This document shows, piece by piece, positions 56,023 through 63,717 of a stretch of DNA of 64,000 bases. Source of the stretch: a phage. The notes under the pieces were generated by a model. It ran no database searches and was not told the origin of the DNA. It saw nothing but the letters and a program-made list of their open reading frames with translations. Position numbers and translations under genes: made by a program. Position 1 is the stretch's first letter; each line of letters starts with the position of its first letter. Location of the stretch: the sequence record PZ445448.1; one strand, written 5' to 3'.

Positions 56023-56784
56023 TTAAAGTTCCATAAAGTTTTCTACAGTTTCAATAAATGCTTTATCAGAGAAAGCGTCAACAGCACCGTTAAACCATAC
56101 AGGGATCCCGCGATCCTCATATTGATAAAGGTCGCTACGTGAAATGCCACTTCCATCTGCACTCTGCGAATCATACTTGTTTACAATCAGCAGTTTTGTG
56201 CCTTTACAAGTAGCAGGAAACAATTCCCAGTTAAAATTAATAACTGTGTTAGAACAACCTACCAGGATCACCATATCATTGCTTGTGAGAGATGTCAACA
56301 GGTCATACATGTCTGTATACTTAGGAGCAACCTCACCGAAGAACACTACATTGGGCTTAACCCAGGTATACTTGCCTGTATCTACCTCCGTGTATCCGAT
56401 ATTTTTAATTACATCATTACCTTCAGCATCTTCGTAGGTGATTTCAGGCAAATACCCGTGGACATGTAAAATATCTTCATGTTTTACACCAGCACGCTCC
56501 AGCAAATCATCTACATTGGTAGTAAGGTTGATCACACGACCAGACCAGCGGGAATACCACTCAGCGATCCGAAGATGTGCAAGGTTAGGATCAACACTGC
56601 CCAGAGCTACACGACGTGCATTGTAAAAGTCATGCACCTTATAGTAGTTCTTGGCAAAGGTGTGGATGTTGCACACCTCATCGATGCTGAAATTCTCCCA
56701 CATTGCAGTGCTACCAGATCGGAAAGTGGGAATACCAGATTCAGCGCTCAAACCAGCACCGGAGATAATAATCAGTCGTCGCAT
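56023..56784 (-). CDS. Sir2-family NAD-dependent deacylase / ADP-ribosyltransferase
   Basis: GAGLSAESGIPTFRSG Rossmann/NAD motif at N-terminus. Confidence 0.75.
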   Translation of the reverse strand: MRRLIIISGAGLSAESGIPTFRSGSTAMWENFSIDEVCNIHTFAKNYYKVHDFYNARRVALGSVDPNLAHLRIAEWYSRWSGRVINLTTNVDDLLERAGVKHEDILHVHGYLPEITYEDAEGNDVIKNIGYTEVDTGKYTWVKPNVVFFGEVAPKYTDMYDLLTSLTSNDMVILVGCSNTVINFNWELFPATCKGTKLLIVNKYDSQSADGSGISRSDLYQYEDRGIPVWFNGAVDAFSDKAFIETVENFMEL

Positions 56785-56792
56785 AAGTGTCC

Positions 56793-57143
56793 TCAGTAGA
56801 TGTTTTGTTTAATCTCTATTCCAAACTTCTTGAATGAGTCAGCAGCAAGCATAAATTTACGAGCTGCCGATGGATTAGAAGTATGCACGAAAATAATCAC
56901 GTTGTCAATAAGTGGTGGCTTTCCGAATACAAGTTTCTCCTCTAGCGCAGAGAAGCAGTCGTACCCTTCAAGCACTTCACCTAGATCATTGTCAAAATGC
57001 CACTCAGAAACGCGCCTGTAGAGCTTTCTATTATCGTTAATAAAATCCATGAACTCAGAAGAGTTCTTCAGCCAAAGAGCATCTTGGATTCCGTAATTTG
57101 ACGGATCTCTCAAGTCATCTAGCCACACAATCAACTTCTTCAT
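56793..57143 (-). CDS. hypothetical protein (start at MKKLIVW)
   Basis: ATGA overlap with RNA ligase stop; GAGGA SD. Confidence 0.4.
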   Translation of the reverse strand: MKKLIVWLDDLRDPSNYGIQDALWLKNSSEFMDFINDNRKLYRRVSEWHFDNDLGEVLEGYDCFSALEEKLVFGKPPLIDNVIIFVHTSNPSAARKFMLAADSFKKFGIEIKQNIY

Positions 57144-58075
57144 TGCATATAGTCCTCGTTGTGAAAATAGCAATCAAGTATCTCACGGCGTTCCTGCTCC
57201 AGGAGGCAGTTCCACACATCTTCTGTGTAATTGCTACGAATGAAGTTTACCATGCCATAAAACTCTTCGTCAATACGTTTAAAGATATCATCATCCCAAA
57301 TCTTCCAAGCTTTACCCCTCATTACGGCCTTCCGTGCCAAATAGTATGGAGACTTGATCTTCAGCTGCAGGTCATAAGGGTAGTAAGGCTTACGGATCAT
57401 ATACCCTTCGCCCCTTGTTTCTGCAGCTAATTCTTTTGCATAGCTGAACGGGATTTCACGCAAAGTGTGAGGACGTTTTGCACCAAGGTATTTGGCAATC
57501 CCATCTAAAGCTGCTTCTGGTAGCATTATTCCAGAATCATTATATCTGCAACCTATCAAATATGCGCCATGGTCTTCTTGAACAATATGCGGATCTGAAG
57601 GGTGACAAATTTCAAACATGAATGTCATGTTTTCATTGCCCATAACCTTCTTGATAAGATCTAAATTACCACATTGCTCTTGGATGGTTTCCTTTGCAAG
57701 GTTACAATATGGAGAATCAAGAGACCCGGTTGTTGAGAACAATAGGTCACCTTTATGAGATGATACCACACCAAGGAATCCGTTCTTTTTCTCTACCGCA
57801 GTCACAAGCTTATTGTCAGGCAGGTTGGTGGAGTTTTCTCCCAAGTTAAACACTTTTGTGAAGGGCCATGCCACAACATTTCCTTCATTACCTACAACAA
57901 TGCCTCGGCACTCCAGTAAACGAGGGGACAAATGCCATAAATTGTTGTAAAATACTTTTCTAGCATATTTATAGATCTTTAACCCGAGATCTGGGTAATA
58001 CCTACTGGTTACAAGACCTTTGTCAACTAGGTCGTCTGCATTAAAATACTTCATCATACGTTCCTCATTTGTCAT
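57140..58075 (-). CDS. RNA ligase 1-like (T4 RnlA family)
   Basis: LLECRGIVV, KVFNLGEN and VEKKNGFL align with T4 Rnl1 ALECRGIMF, KFFNLNEN and TKEDGSL. Confidence 0.6.
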   Translation of the reverse strand: MTNEERMMKYFNADDLVDKGLVTSRYYPDLGLKIYKYARKVFYNNLWHLSPRLLECRGIVVGNEGNVVAWPFTKVFNLGENSTNLPDNKLVTAVEKKNGFLGVVSSHKGDLLFSTTGSLDSPYCNLAKETIQEQCGNLDLIKKVMGNENMTFMFEICHPSDPHIVQEDHGAYLIGCRYNDSGIMLPEAALDGIAKYLGAKRPHTLREIPFSYAKELAAETRGEGYMIRKPYYPYDLQLKIKSPYYLARKAVMRGKAWKIWDDDIFKRIDEEFYGMVNFIRSNYTEDVWNCLLEQERREILDCYFHNEDYMQ

Positions 58076-58175
58076 TTTGTCAGTCTATCCTGCCACACAA
58101 ATAACCTAGTGTCAACACTTGAAATTAACAAAACAGTTAGATATACTATCGTTGAAATTAAAACGGAGGGTCACT

Positions 58176-58586
58176 ATGTCTAAAATGCTATATATCGTGC
58201 GTGGTCTACCAGGGTCTGGCAAATCAACACTGGCAAATGCGCTATCTTTAGAGGGTCTGTATCCACATTTTGAGAACGACATGTTCTGGTATGACGATGA
58301 CGGCAATTACAACTGGGATGCAAGTAAAGTAACACTCGCAGCGAAATGGTGCAAAGATAACGTAGAAGATATGATGCGTATGGGATACGACCGTATCGTG
58401 GTAAGTAATACGTTTACAAAAGAAAAACATGTGCAGGAATATGTTGACATGGCAATCAGTCATGGGTATAGTTATACCGTGATCGTGGTTGAAAACCTCC
58501 ACGGTAATAAAAGCATTCATGATGTTCCAGACAAGGTTGTGGATCGTATGGAACGCCAGCTTAAAAACTGCATTAAACTTAAATGA
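58176..58586 (+). CDS. P-loop kinase (polynucleotide kinase-like)
   Basis: Walker A GLPGSGKST; GGAGGG SD; divergent from RNA ligase gene. Confidence 0.55.
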   Translation: MSKMLYIVRGLPGSGKSTLANALSLEGLYPHFENDMFWYDDDGNYNWDASKVTLAAKWCKDNVEDMMRMGYDRIVVSNTFTKEKHVQEYVDMAISHGYSYTVIVVENLHGNKSIHDVPDKVVDRMERQLKNCIKLK

Positions 58587-58593
58587 GGAATGT

Positions 58594-59148
58594 ATGAAAT
58601 ACTTTGTAACAAGCGACACACACTTTCTCCACCAGCGGGTCATGGAGTTTGATTCATGTCAAAAACACAGATCTCAGTATGATCACAATCTTGACAGTAT
58701 GAATGCGGGAATCATCGCCGAATGGAACTCTGTTGTGTCACCTGCAGACACTGTGTTCCACTTGGGAGATATTGCGTGCACTAATGATAAGAATATCAAC
58801 AACTTACTTCCAGATATTCTAAATATGTTGAACGGACATATTATTCTTGTTCGTGGCAACCATGACACACGGACGACTGTCAGAATTATGAAAGAGTTCG
58901 GTCATGAGGTTGTAGATTATTACGAGCTTCGCCACAACAAGAATTTGATCTGTATGAGCCATTACCAGTTTGCAAAGTGGAACAGAAAGCCTCACGGATC
59001 AGTCCAACTGTTCGGTCATGCTCACGGAACCACACAGCAGTTGTTTGGCAGGCAGTTTGATGTCGGTTGGGATGTGTGGGGGAGACTCTTACCATTAGAA
59101 GAGGCATACCGTATTGCAATGAGTCTTGCTATTGACAGCTGGGAGTAA
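58594..59148 (+). CDS. metallophosphoesterase (calcineurin-like phosphatase)
   Basis: motifs TSDTHF, GDIA and RGNHD. Confidence 0.6.
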   Translation: MKYFVTSDTHFLHQRVMEFDSCQKHRSQYDHNLDSMNAGIIAEWNSVVSPADTVFHLGDIACTNDKNINNLLPDILNMLNGHIILVRGNHDTRTTVRIMKEFGHEVVDYYELRHNKNLICMSHYQFAKWNRKPHGSVQLFGHAHGTTQQLFGRQFDVGWDVWGRLLPLEEAYRIAMSLAIDSWE

Positions 59149-59195
59149 TCCCTGCTATTTTAAAGAAAATTGCCACACAAGGAGAATCAGGAGAT

Positions 59196-59546
59196 ATGAA
59201 AGATGGGGATAAGCTGCTATATCTTAAAGTCCCCCTTGAAATACTGTCTATGTCAAAAGTTTTGAATGACACAACTGGGGAGGTTGTTGTTCTTGACTTG
59301 TATGACAAGATCGTATACTGCTACCTGCACAACTGGTATAAGCTTGGAGGAAGTTCACGCTTCACACCCAGCACAAGGAAAATTGCAGCAGATGTTGGGA
59401 TAAAGAAAACAAAAGCAGCAGCGTGCGTTAAAACTTTAGAATGTGCAGGAGTGGTTGAAATATCCACACAAGGGAGAGGTAAAAGATGCACATTTTCCAA
59501 AGTTTTGCCACCAGAAGAGGTTATTCGAATGTCAACAACTGGTTAG
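59196..59546 (+). CDS. putative DNA-binding protein (winged-helix-like)
   Basis: ORF with SD; C-terminal segment TRKIAADVGIKKTKAAACVKTLECAGVV; immediately upstream of hairpin repeat array. Confidence 0.4.
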   Translation: MKDGDKLLYLKVPLEILSMSKVLNDTTGEVVVLDLYDKIVYCYLHNWYKLGGSSRFTPSTRKIAADVGIKKTKAAACVKTLECAGVVEISTQGRGKRCTFSKVLPPEEVIRMSTTG

Positions 59547-59620
59547 ACCAGTAAAAACTTAAATATCTGTACTATAAGGATTCGTATGTTTTATGTTCGC
59601 TCTGGAACAGAGGTTAGTAA

Positions 59621-59703
59621 CTGTCCGTGATACGGACACTACTGTCCGTCACGCGGACACATCTGCCCGTAATACGGACACTAACTGTCCGTGATACGGA
59701 CAC
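59621..59703. repeat. four tandem 21-22-bp units each holding a 7-bp-arm hairpin (CTGTCCGTGATACGGACAC)
   Basis: units start at 59621, 59642, 59663, 59685; TGTCCGT / ACGGACA arms. Confidence 0.7.
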
Positions 59704-59850
59704 ATAAAGAATATAACTAAAATAACTAAATAATAAAAAATAAAAGATCTAGTACTTATGGTACTAAGTACATATACTTAACTTATGTAGAATATACTAG
59801 ATCCTAAGTACCATGTTTTAAATTTATTACTTACTATGGGTAGTGTCGGC

Positions 59851-60100
59851 CCTTCATTGGCACTCGCCTACGAGGGGCGAGATGCCGGGCCTCCCTGGTG
59901 CACACAATAACAGAAGTGCATACATGCAGGTCTGGTAACATGTGTGGGAGCGAAGCGATAGCGCAGGCCAAAGGCCGAGCACTGATGTGGACCACCGACG
60001 AAAGCTTGCCAGCGCCGTAAGGAGTCGGTTGAGAGTCTCCCGCGCGAGCTTGGATGAAGTTTATGTGTGGAAACGGACAAGAAGGCCCCTAAATCGCTCC
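59851..60100. ncRNA. candidate structured RNA or regulatory element (GC-rich island)
   Basis: abrupt GC rise; nested hairpins such as GGCACTCGCC-TACGAG-GGGCGAGATGCC; no credible ORF. Confidence 0.25.
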
Positions 60101-60206
60101 ACAGCTATATAAACTATACCAGGTAAGGCAATCGCACCAGTTTGATAGAAAAGCTCGTTACAAAGCGATACAGTGAGTTTTTCTATAACTTGAAGAGGAG
60201 GTAGTT

Positions 60207-60785
60207 ATGAGTCCACGCAAAGATGACCGTGAAAAGATTGCAAAACGTTATCAGAATGAAGAACAGATGGAGAAAACTTTCAAGTGGAAGCCAGGTTTCC
60301 AGCGTAATCATTCTAACGCTCGTGATCGTAAGCATCCGGATAAGTGGTTAACACCGCCAAATGATGGCATTCAGGTTGGTGATGAGAAGGAGCTGTCACC
60401 TGGAAAAGATGGCAACTACATTCGAACTAAGGAAGCAGGTCCAAAGGATGACAGCTATCTTGTAGATAAGGTTCTTGACGGTGTTGATGTAGGTGTTGAC
60501 ACTGTACGAAACCTTTTTCTTGGTTGGTATCGCACAGGGTTTTTCGACATCAAGGCTATTCGTCGTGTTTGTGATATTAAAAAGTCTGCCTACGATGATG
60601 ATTCCCTACATCGCACTCTGAGACAATACTCAGAGAGATACGGTCATCCAGTTATCACTCTTGACGATATTAACGAAGTTATGTATCATGTAGAGGTTGT
60701 TGCAGGTAGGTTCGGTGATGCATATCTCGGTATTCTCTCTGCAAAGGATGAGGTAATGTTAAATAAGATTTACTATGAACGCTGA
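60207..60785 (+). CDS. hypothetical protein
   Basis: GAAGAGGAGGTAGTT-ATG. Confidence 0.5.
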   Translation: MSPRKDDREKIAKRYQNEEQMEKTFKWKPGFQRNHSNARDRKHPDKWLTPPNDGIQVGDEKELSPGKDGNYIRTKEAGPKDDSYLVDKVLDGVDVGVDTVRNLFLGWYRTGFFDIKAIRRVCDIKKSAYDDDSLHRTLRQYSERYGHPVITLDDINEVMYHVEVVAGRFGDAYLGILSAKDEVMLNKIYYER

Positions 60786-60795
60786 GGGGCGATTA

Positions 60796-60984
60796 ATGAA
60801 CAATCCGGTAGCAAAGAACTGTAATAAATTCAACAAGTCTGCGATTCACACTGACAGGAAAAAGAGTTGGTTTCCTGACATTGACGAGGAGCTTGAGAGT
60901 TACTTTGAAGATTTAGTCACCAATGCAGAGGAGGTTGCGATTAAAGAATACGCAGACAGGAGGGATAAGGCCGGAATCTGTTGA
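60796..60984 (+). CDS. hypothetical small protein (start at MNNPVAK)
   Basis: GAGGGG SD. Confidence 0.4.
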   Translation: MNNPVAKNCNKFNKSAIHTDRKKSWFPDIDEELESYFEDLVTNAEEVAIKEYADRRDKAGIC

Positions 60985-61060
60985 CAAAAATAATGTTACC
61001 TGATAAGATCTGCAATATGATGTGATACAATTTTAACTTACGAGGTCTACAGGTAATGCT

Positions 61061-61303
61061 ATGTTTAAGGTTAAGCTCGTTTTTCGTTCCATGAATGAGG
61101 ATTATTTAGAAGATGAAGGTGAATTTCGTGCACTGGATGATGCAATAGATTTTGCCAACGACTTAGCTTGTATGAATACGGGTTATGGGCTATGCTGTTG
61201 GGATGGTGGTGTTCAGATCGGTGATAGCAAGATCTTCTACTTCTACCCTGAGCCCGATAACAAACAAATTAAGTATGTTTTATTTATTTGTGCTTTACAA
61301 TGA
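61061..61303 (+). CDS. hypothetical protein
   Basis: TTGACA promoter at 60973; ORF. Confidence 0.45.
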   Translation: MFKVKLVFRSMNEDYLEDEGEFRALDDAIDFANDLACMNTGYGLCCWDGGVQIGDSKIFYFYPEPDNKQIKYVLFICALQ

Positions 61304-61329
61304 GGTTGTTTTCGTGTATCATGATGAAT

Positions 61330-61620
61330 ATCCAATTTAAAGATGAATTTGATGGCTTTATCTCCGGATGCTTTGAAACAGGGTTCGGAGAAGACTGAGT
61401 TCCCCTTAGAGGGCTTGATAGTGCACCACACTTAAAATGGTAGGGGCAGCCAGCACATGACGATGTGACTCCAGCCAACCTGTAACAAGGTCGAGCCGAA
61501 GCGCGGGTAATAGGCCTCTGGTAACCCACTTGTTGGGTCTTGCTGGTCCAGGACGCTGGACAAGTCGCAGGGAACACCACCCTGCGGCGAACTTGACAAT
61601 CAGTATTTGCTATGATAAAA
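61330..61620. ncRNA. candidate structured RNA or leader (second GC-rich island)
   Basis: GC-rich with perfect hairpin CGCAGGG-AACACCAC-CCTGCG and others; no credible ORF. Confidence 0.2.
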
Positions 61621-61649
61621 TCCACCTATCACGTGATAATGGAGGAAAC

Positions 61650-61988
61650 ATGGCGGATACAACTAAAAAGCGTCGCCGTAGAGGCAGACCTCTGAAAGAG
61701 GAGTCCAACGCCATTCAGCTAGAGAAGAACATCCTTGATATGAAGGAATCTTTTATAGCGATGGTTCCAGAAGCTCACAAAGTTTTAAGAGAGCTGATGT
61801 TGGACCCGAAAACCAAACAAAATATTCGTCAAAGCATTGCAGAGTATGTTCTTGATAAGGCAGACCGAATGCAGGAAGAATATGATGAGATGTTTGGTGA
61901 AGAGGAAGAGGTGGTAGTAGAAGAGGCTGAAAAACCAGCACCTTTTATGCCATTCACCACAGAAATACAGCCTGTTGGCAATAGTTAA
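61650..61988 (+). CDS. hypothetical protein with AT-hook-like KKRRRRGRP motif and acidic C-terminus
   Basis: TGGAGGAAAC-ATG; TTGACA-N17-TAAAAT promoter upstream. Confidence 0.5.
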   Translation: MADTTKKRRRRGRPLKEESNAIQLEKNILDMKESFIAMVPEAHKVLRELMLDPKTKQNIRQSIAEYVLDKADRMQEEYDEMFGEEEEVVVEEAEKPAPFMPFTTEIQPVGNS

Positions 61989-61997
61989 AATATTTTC

Positions 61998-62026
61998 TTG
62001 ACAAACTTTGCTTAACAGTGTAATAT
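61998..62026 (+). promoter_or_regulatory. sigma70 promoter TTGACA-N17-TAATAT ahead of tRNA cluster
   Basis: consensus hexamers about 60 nt upstream of first tRNA. Confidence 0.5.
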
Positions 62027-62084
62027 TGTAAACATGGTCTCCCACCTTTTCTGGCGGCTAAGGTGTAAAAGAAAGCCACCCAGT

Positions 62085-62159
62085 GCCCTGTTAGCTTAGT
62101 GGATAAAGCAGCGGCCTTCTAAGCCGTTGACACTGGTTCGAGTCCAGTACGGGGTGCCA
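62085..62159 (+). tRNA. tRNA-Arg (anticodon TCT)
   Basis: cloverleaf folded by hand: acceptor GCCCTGT/ACGGGGT, anticodon loop CTTCTAA, T-loop TTCGAGT, encoded CCA. Confidence 0.75.
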
Positions 62160-62163
62160 AATT

Positions 62164-62250
62164 GGGGAGTTATCCCGTAGAGGTAGCGGTGTAGACTGTA
62201 AATCTATTGTCATTGCGACTCGGGTGGTTCGACTCCACCACTCCCCACCA
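62164..62250 (+). tRNA. tRNA-Tyr (anticodon GTA), long variable arm
   Basis: acceptor GGGGAGT/ACTCCCC, anticodon loop CTGTAAA, T-loop TTCGACT, CCA. Confidence 0.7.
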
Positions 62251-62364
62251 AATTTATATTTTTAGATGCATAAATAATACAGATAATGGCATTGATATTT
62301 ATCGTCGTTTATACTAGTCACTAACTGCTCGAAAATCAGTGTCATTATCAGTATAATTTATAAA

Positions 62365-62455
62365 GGAGGGTAGGGAGCAATGGTGCTCAAGCGGTCTTGA
62401 AAACCGTCCCGTTGAGGATGACTCGATGATGGTTCGATTCCATTACTCTCCGCCA
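62365..62455 (+). tRNA. tRNA-Ser (anticodon TGA), long variable arm
   Basis: acceptor GGAGGGT/ACTCTCC, anticodon loop CTTGAAA, T-loop TTCGATT, CCA. Confidence 0.65.
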
Positions 62456-62553
62456 CATTGTTGACCTTGTAATTAAGCGAAAGCCGGAAGCAGAACCGGA
62501 TTATCAAATGTTACAGTCGTCATCGCCGACTAGCAACATGGTCAACATACTGA

Positions 62554-62650
62554 GCTAGGTAAGCCCTTTGGCAAGGGCGAGGATTTTTAATCCTGAAAAT
62601 AGACGAGGTAGTCGTTGAATACATAGGTGGTTCGATTCCATCACCTAGCA
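62554..62650 (+). ncRNA. 97-nt tRNA-like element with irregular anticodon region
   Basis: perfect 7-bp acceptor GCTAGGT/ACCTAGC, D-arm, T-loop TTCGATT, but about 10-24 nt too long and no clean anticodon stem. Confidence 0.35.
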
Positions 62651-62657
62651 CCTTTTT

Positions 62658-62733
62658 GCTGATGTAGCACAATCGGTAGTGCAATTGATTTGTAATCAAT
62701 AGGTTGTAGGTTCAAGTCCTGCCATCAGCACCA
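62658..62733 (+). tRNA. tRNA-Thr (anticodon TGT)
   Basis: acceptor GCTGATG/CATCAGC, anticodon stem ATTGA/TCAAT loop TTTGTAA, CCA. Confidence 0.8.
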
Positions 62734-62734
62734 A

Positions 62735-62809
62735 GGCCCTGTAGCTGGAAGGTTCAAGCAAGCGACTCATAATCGCCAGACGGTGGTTCAATTCCACCCA
62801 GGGCCACCA
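62735..62809 (+). tRNA. tRNA-Met or Ile2 (anticodon CAT), elongator type
   Basis: acceptor GGCCCTG/CAGGGCC with G1-C72, anticodon loop CTCATAA, CCA. Confidence 0.7.
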
Positions 62810-62820
62810 AATAGTAAATA

Positions 62821-62897
62821 CTCCGCGTAGCTCAGCTTGGTAGAGCGCCTGATTTGGGATCAGGAGGTCGAGTGTTCGAATCACTCCGTGGAGACCA
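62821..62897 (+). tRNA. tRNA-Pro (anticodon TGG)
   Basis: D-arm GCTCAGCTTGGTAGAGC, anticodon stem CCTGA/TCAGG loop TTTGGGA, T-loop TTCGAAT, CCA. Confidence 0.8.
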
Positions 62898-62943
62898 CTT
62901 TCAGTTATACTTTAAACATATATAAACAAAAGGAACCTTTAAA

Positions 62944-63213
62944 ATGTATACACTTAAAATTGTAGAGCGTGTAAATCCAACTCATACCGTAGATTTTCGT
63001 GACGATTTCAATCCTCTGGCTGTAAATCTTCGAGAGTCATATCATGAACTCAGCTGCGATGCAGTGGTGGTCTTTTTTGAAGACAACTCTGAAGGGGCGG
63101 TAGCTTGTGTTGTTGATAGTGAGCAGAAGTTTTATATTTACAGAGATGTAGATGCATACTTGATGAATGAAAACGCAGTTACTGTTAGAATCATCCACCG
63201 AGTGCCTCGATAA
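62944..63213 (+). CDS. hypothetical protein
   Basis: AAAGGAACCTTTAAA-ATG. Confidence 0.45.
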   Translation: MYTLKIVERVNPTHTVDFRDDFNPLAVNLRESYHELSCDAVVVFFEDNSEGAVACVVDSEQKFYIYRDVDAYLMNENAVTVRIIHRVPR

Positions 63214-63266
63214 GTATTAGTCTCCTTTTAGTTAGTTTCGATCTATTTAGGTTACTCAATTTTAAC

Positions 63267-63300
63267 CCGCCCCGTTAGCTGTATAGCTGCGGGGTTTTTT
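63267..63300 (+). terminator. intrinsic terminator
   Basis: CCGCCCCG...CGGGG followed by TTTTTT. Confidence 0.6.
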
Positions 63301-63318
63301 CGTTTCTGGAGCCTTAAA

Positions 63319-63717
63319 ATGATTTCAGGTTTAACATGGCTGAGTAGGTATAGAGGGATCATAAAAGGTTTAGTTTTTGCAGCGGCTATAGGTACAGCTT
63401 ATCTTGGGGCCGTGTATTGGTTTAACTCTAAGCTTAATGAAGCCTACCAAGAAGGTGTGTTAGCAACAGAGTTGAAGTGGGAACGGATCCTTGATCAGCA
63501 ACAAAAGCAGGCCGACAAAATTAAAATGGGCCACGCAGAGGAGGTTAAAAACCTTGAAAAATCCCTTTCTGATCTACAGGATAAATTAAATATAGCTGAG
63601 AGGGCAGGTAGAGAAAAGCAGATTATCTACCTCCAATCACCTGAAGGTAAGAAGTCAACACTTCCTGATCAGCTTATAGATATTTATAATGAGAGTATCA
63701 ATCAGGAGGATCGATGA
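63319..63717 (+). CDS. putative inner-membrane spanin (Rz-like)
   Basis: N-terminal TM helix then long charged coiled coil; o-spanin gene starts at its stop. Confidence 0.5.
   Translation: MISGLTWLSRYRGIIKGLVFAAAIGTAYLGAVYWFNSKLNEAYQEGVLATELKWERILDQQQKQADKIKMGHAEEVKNLEKSLSDLQDKLNIAERAGREKQIIYLQSPEGKKSTLPDQLIDIYNESINQEDR

Noticed and set aside
59621-59703. Possible CRISPR array
   Set aside because: Only four contiguous hairpin repeats with 2-3 bp between them, so no spacers; no cas genes in the window.
59868-60080. 70-aa minus-strand ORF across GC-rich island 1
   Set aside because: Arg/Cys/Pro-rich translation with no SD; the region is better explained as structured non-coding DNA or RNA.
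61284-61625. 113-aa minus-strand ORF across GC-rich island 2
   Set aside because: Same reasoning; it runs antisense through a promoter and hairpins.
62554-62650. Calling this element a canonical tRNA-Lys (TTT)
   Set aside because: A TTT triplet can be placed in a 7-nt loop, but the stem has mismatches and the molecule is about 97 nt with an unexplained extra hairpin; kept only as a tRNA-like ncRNA.
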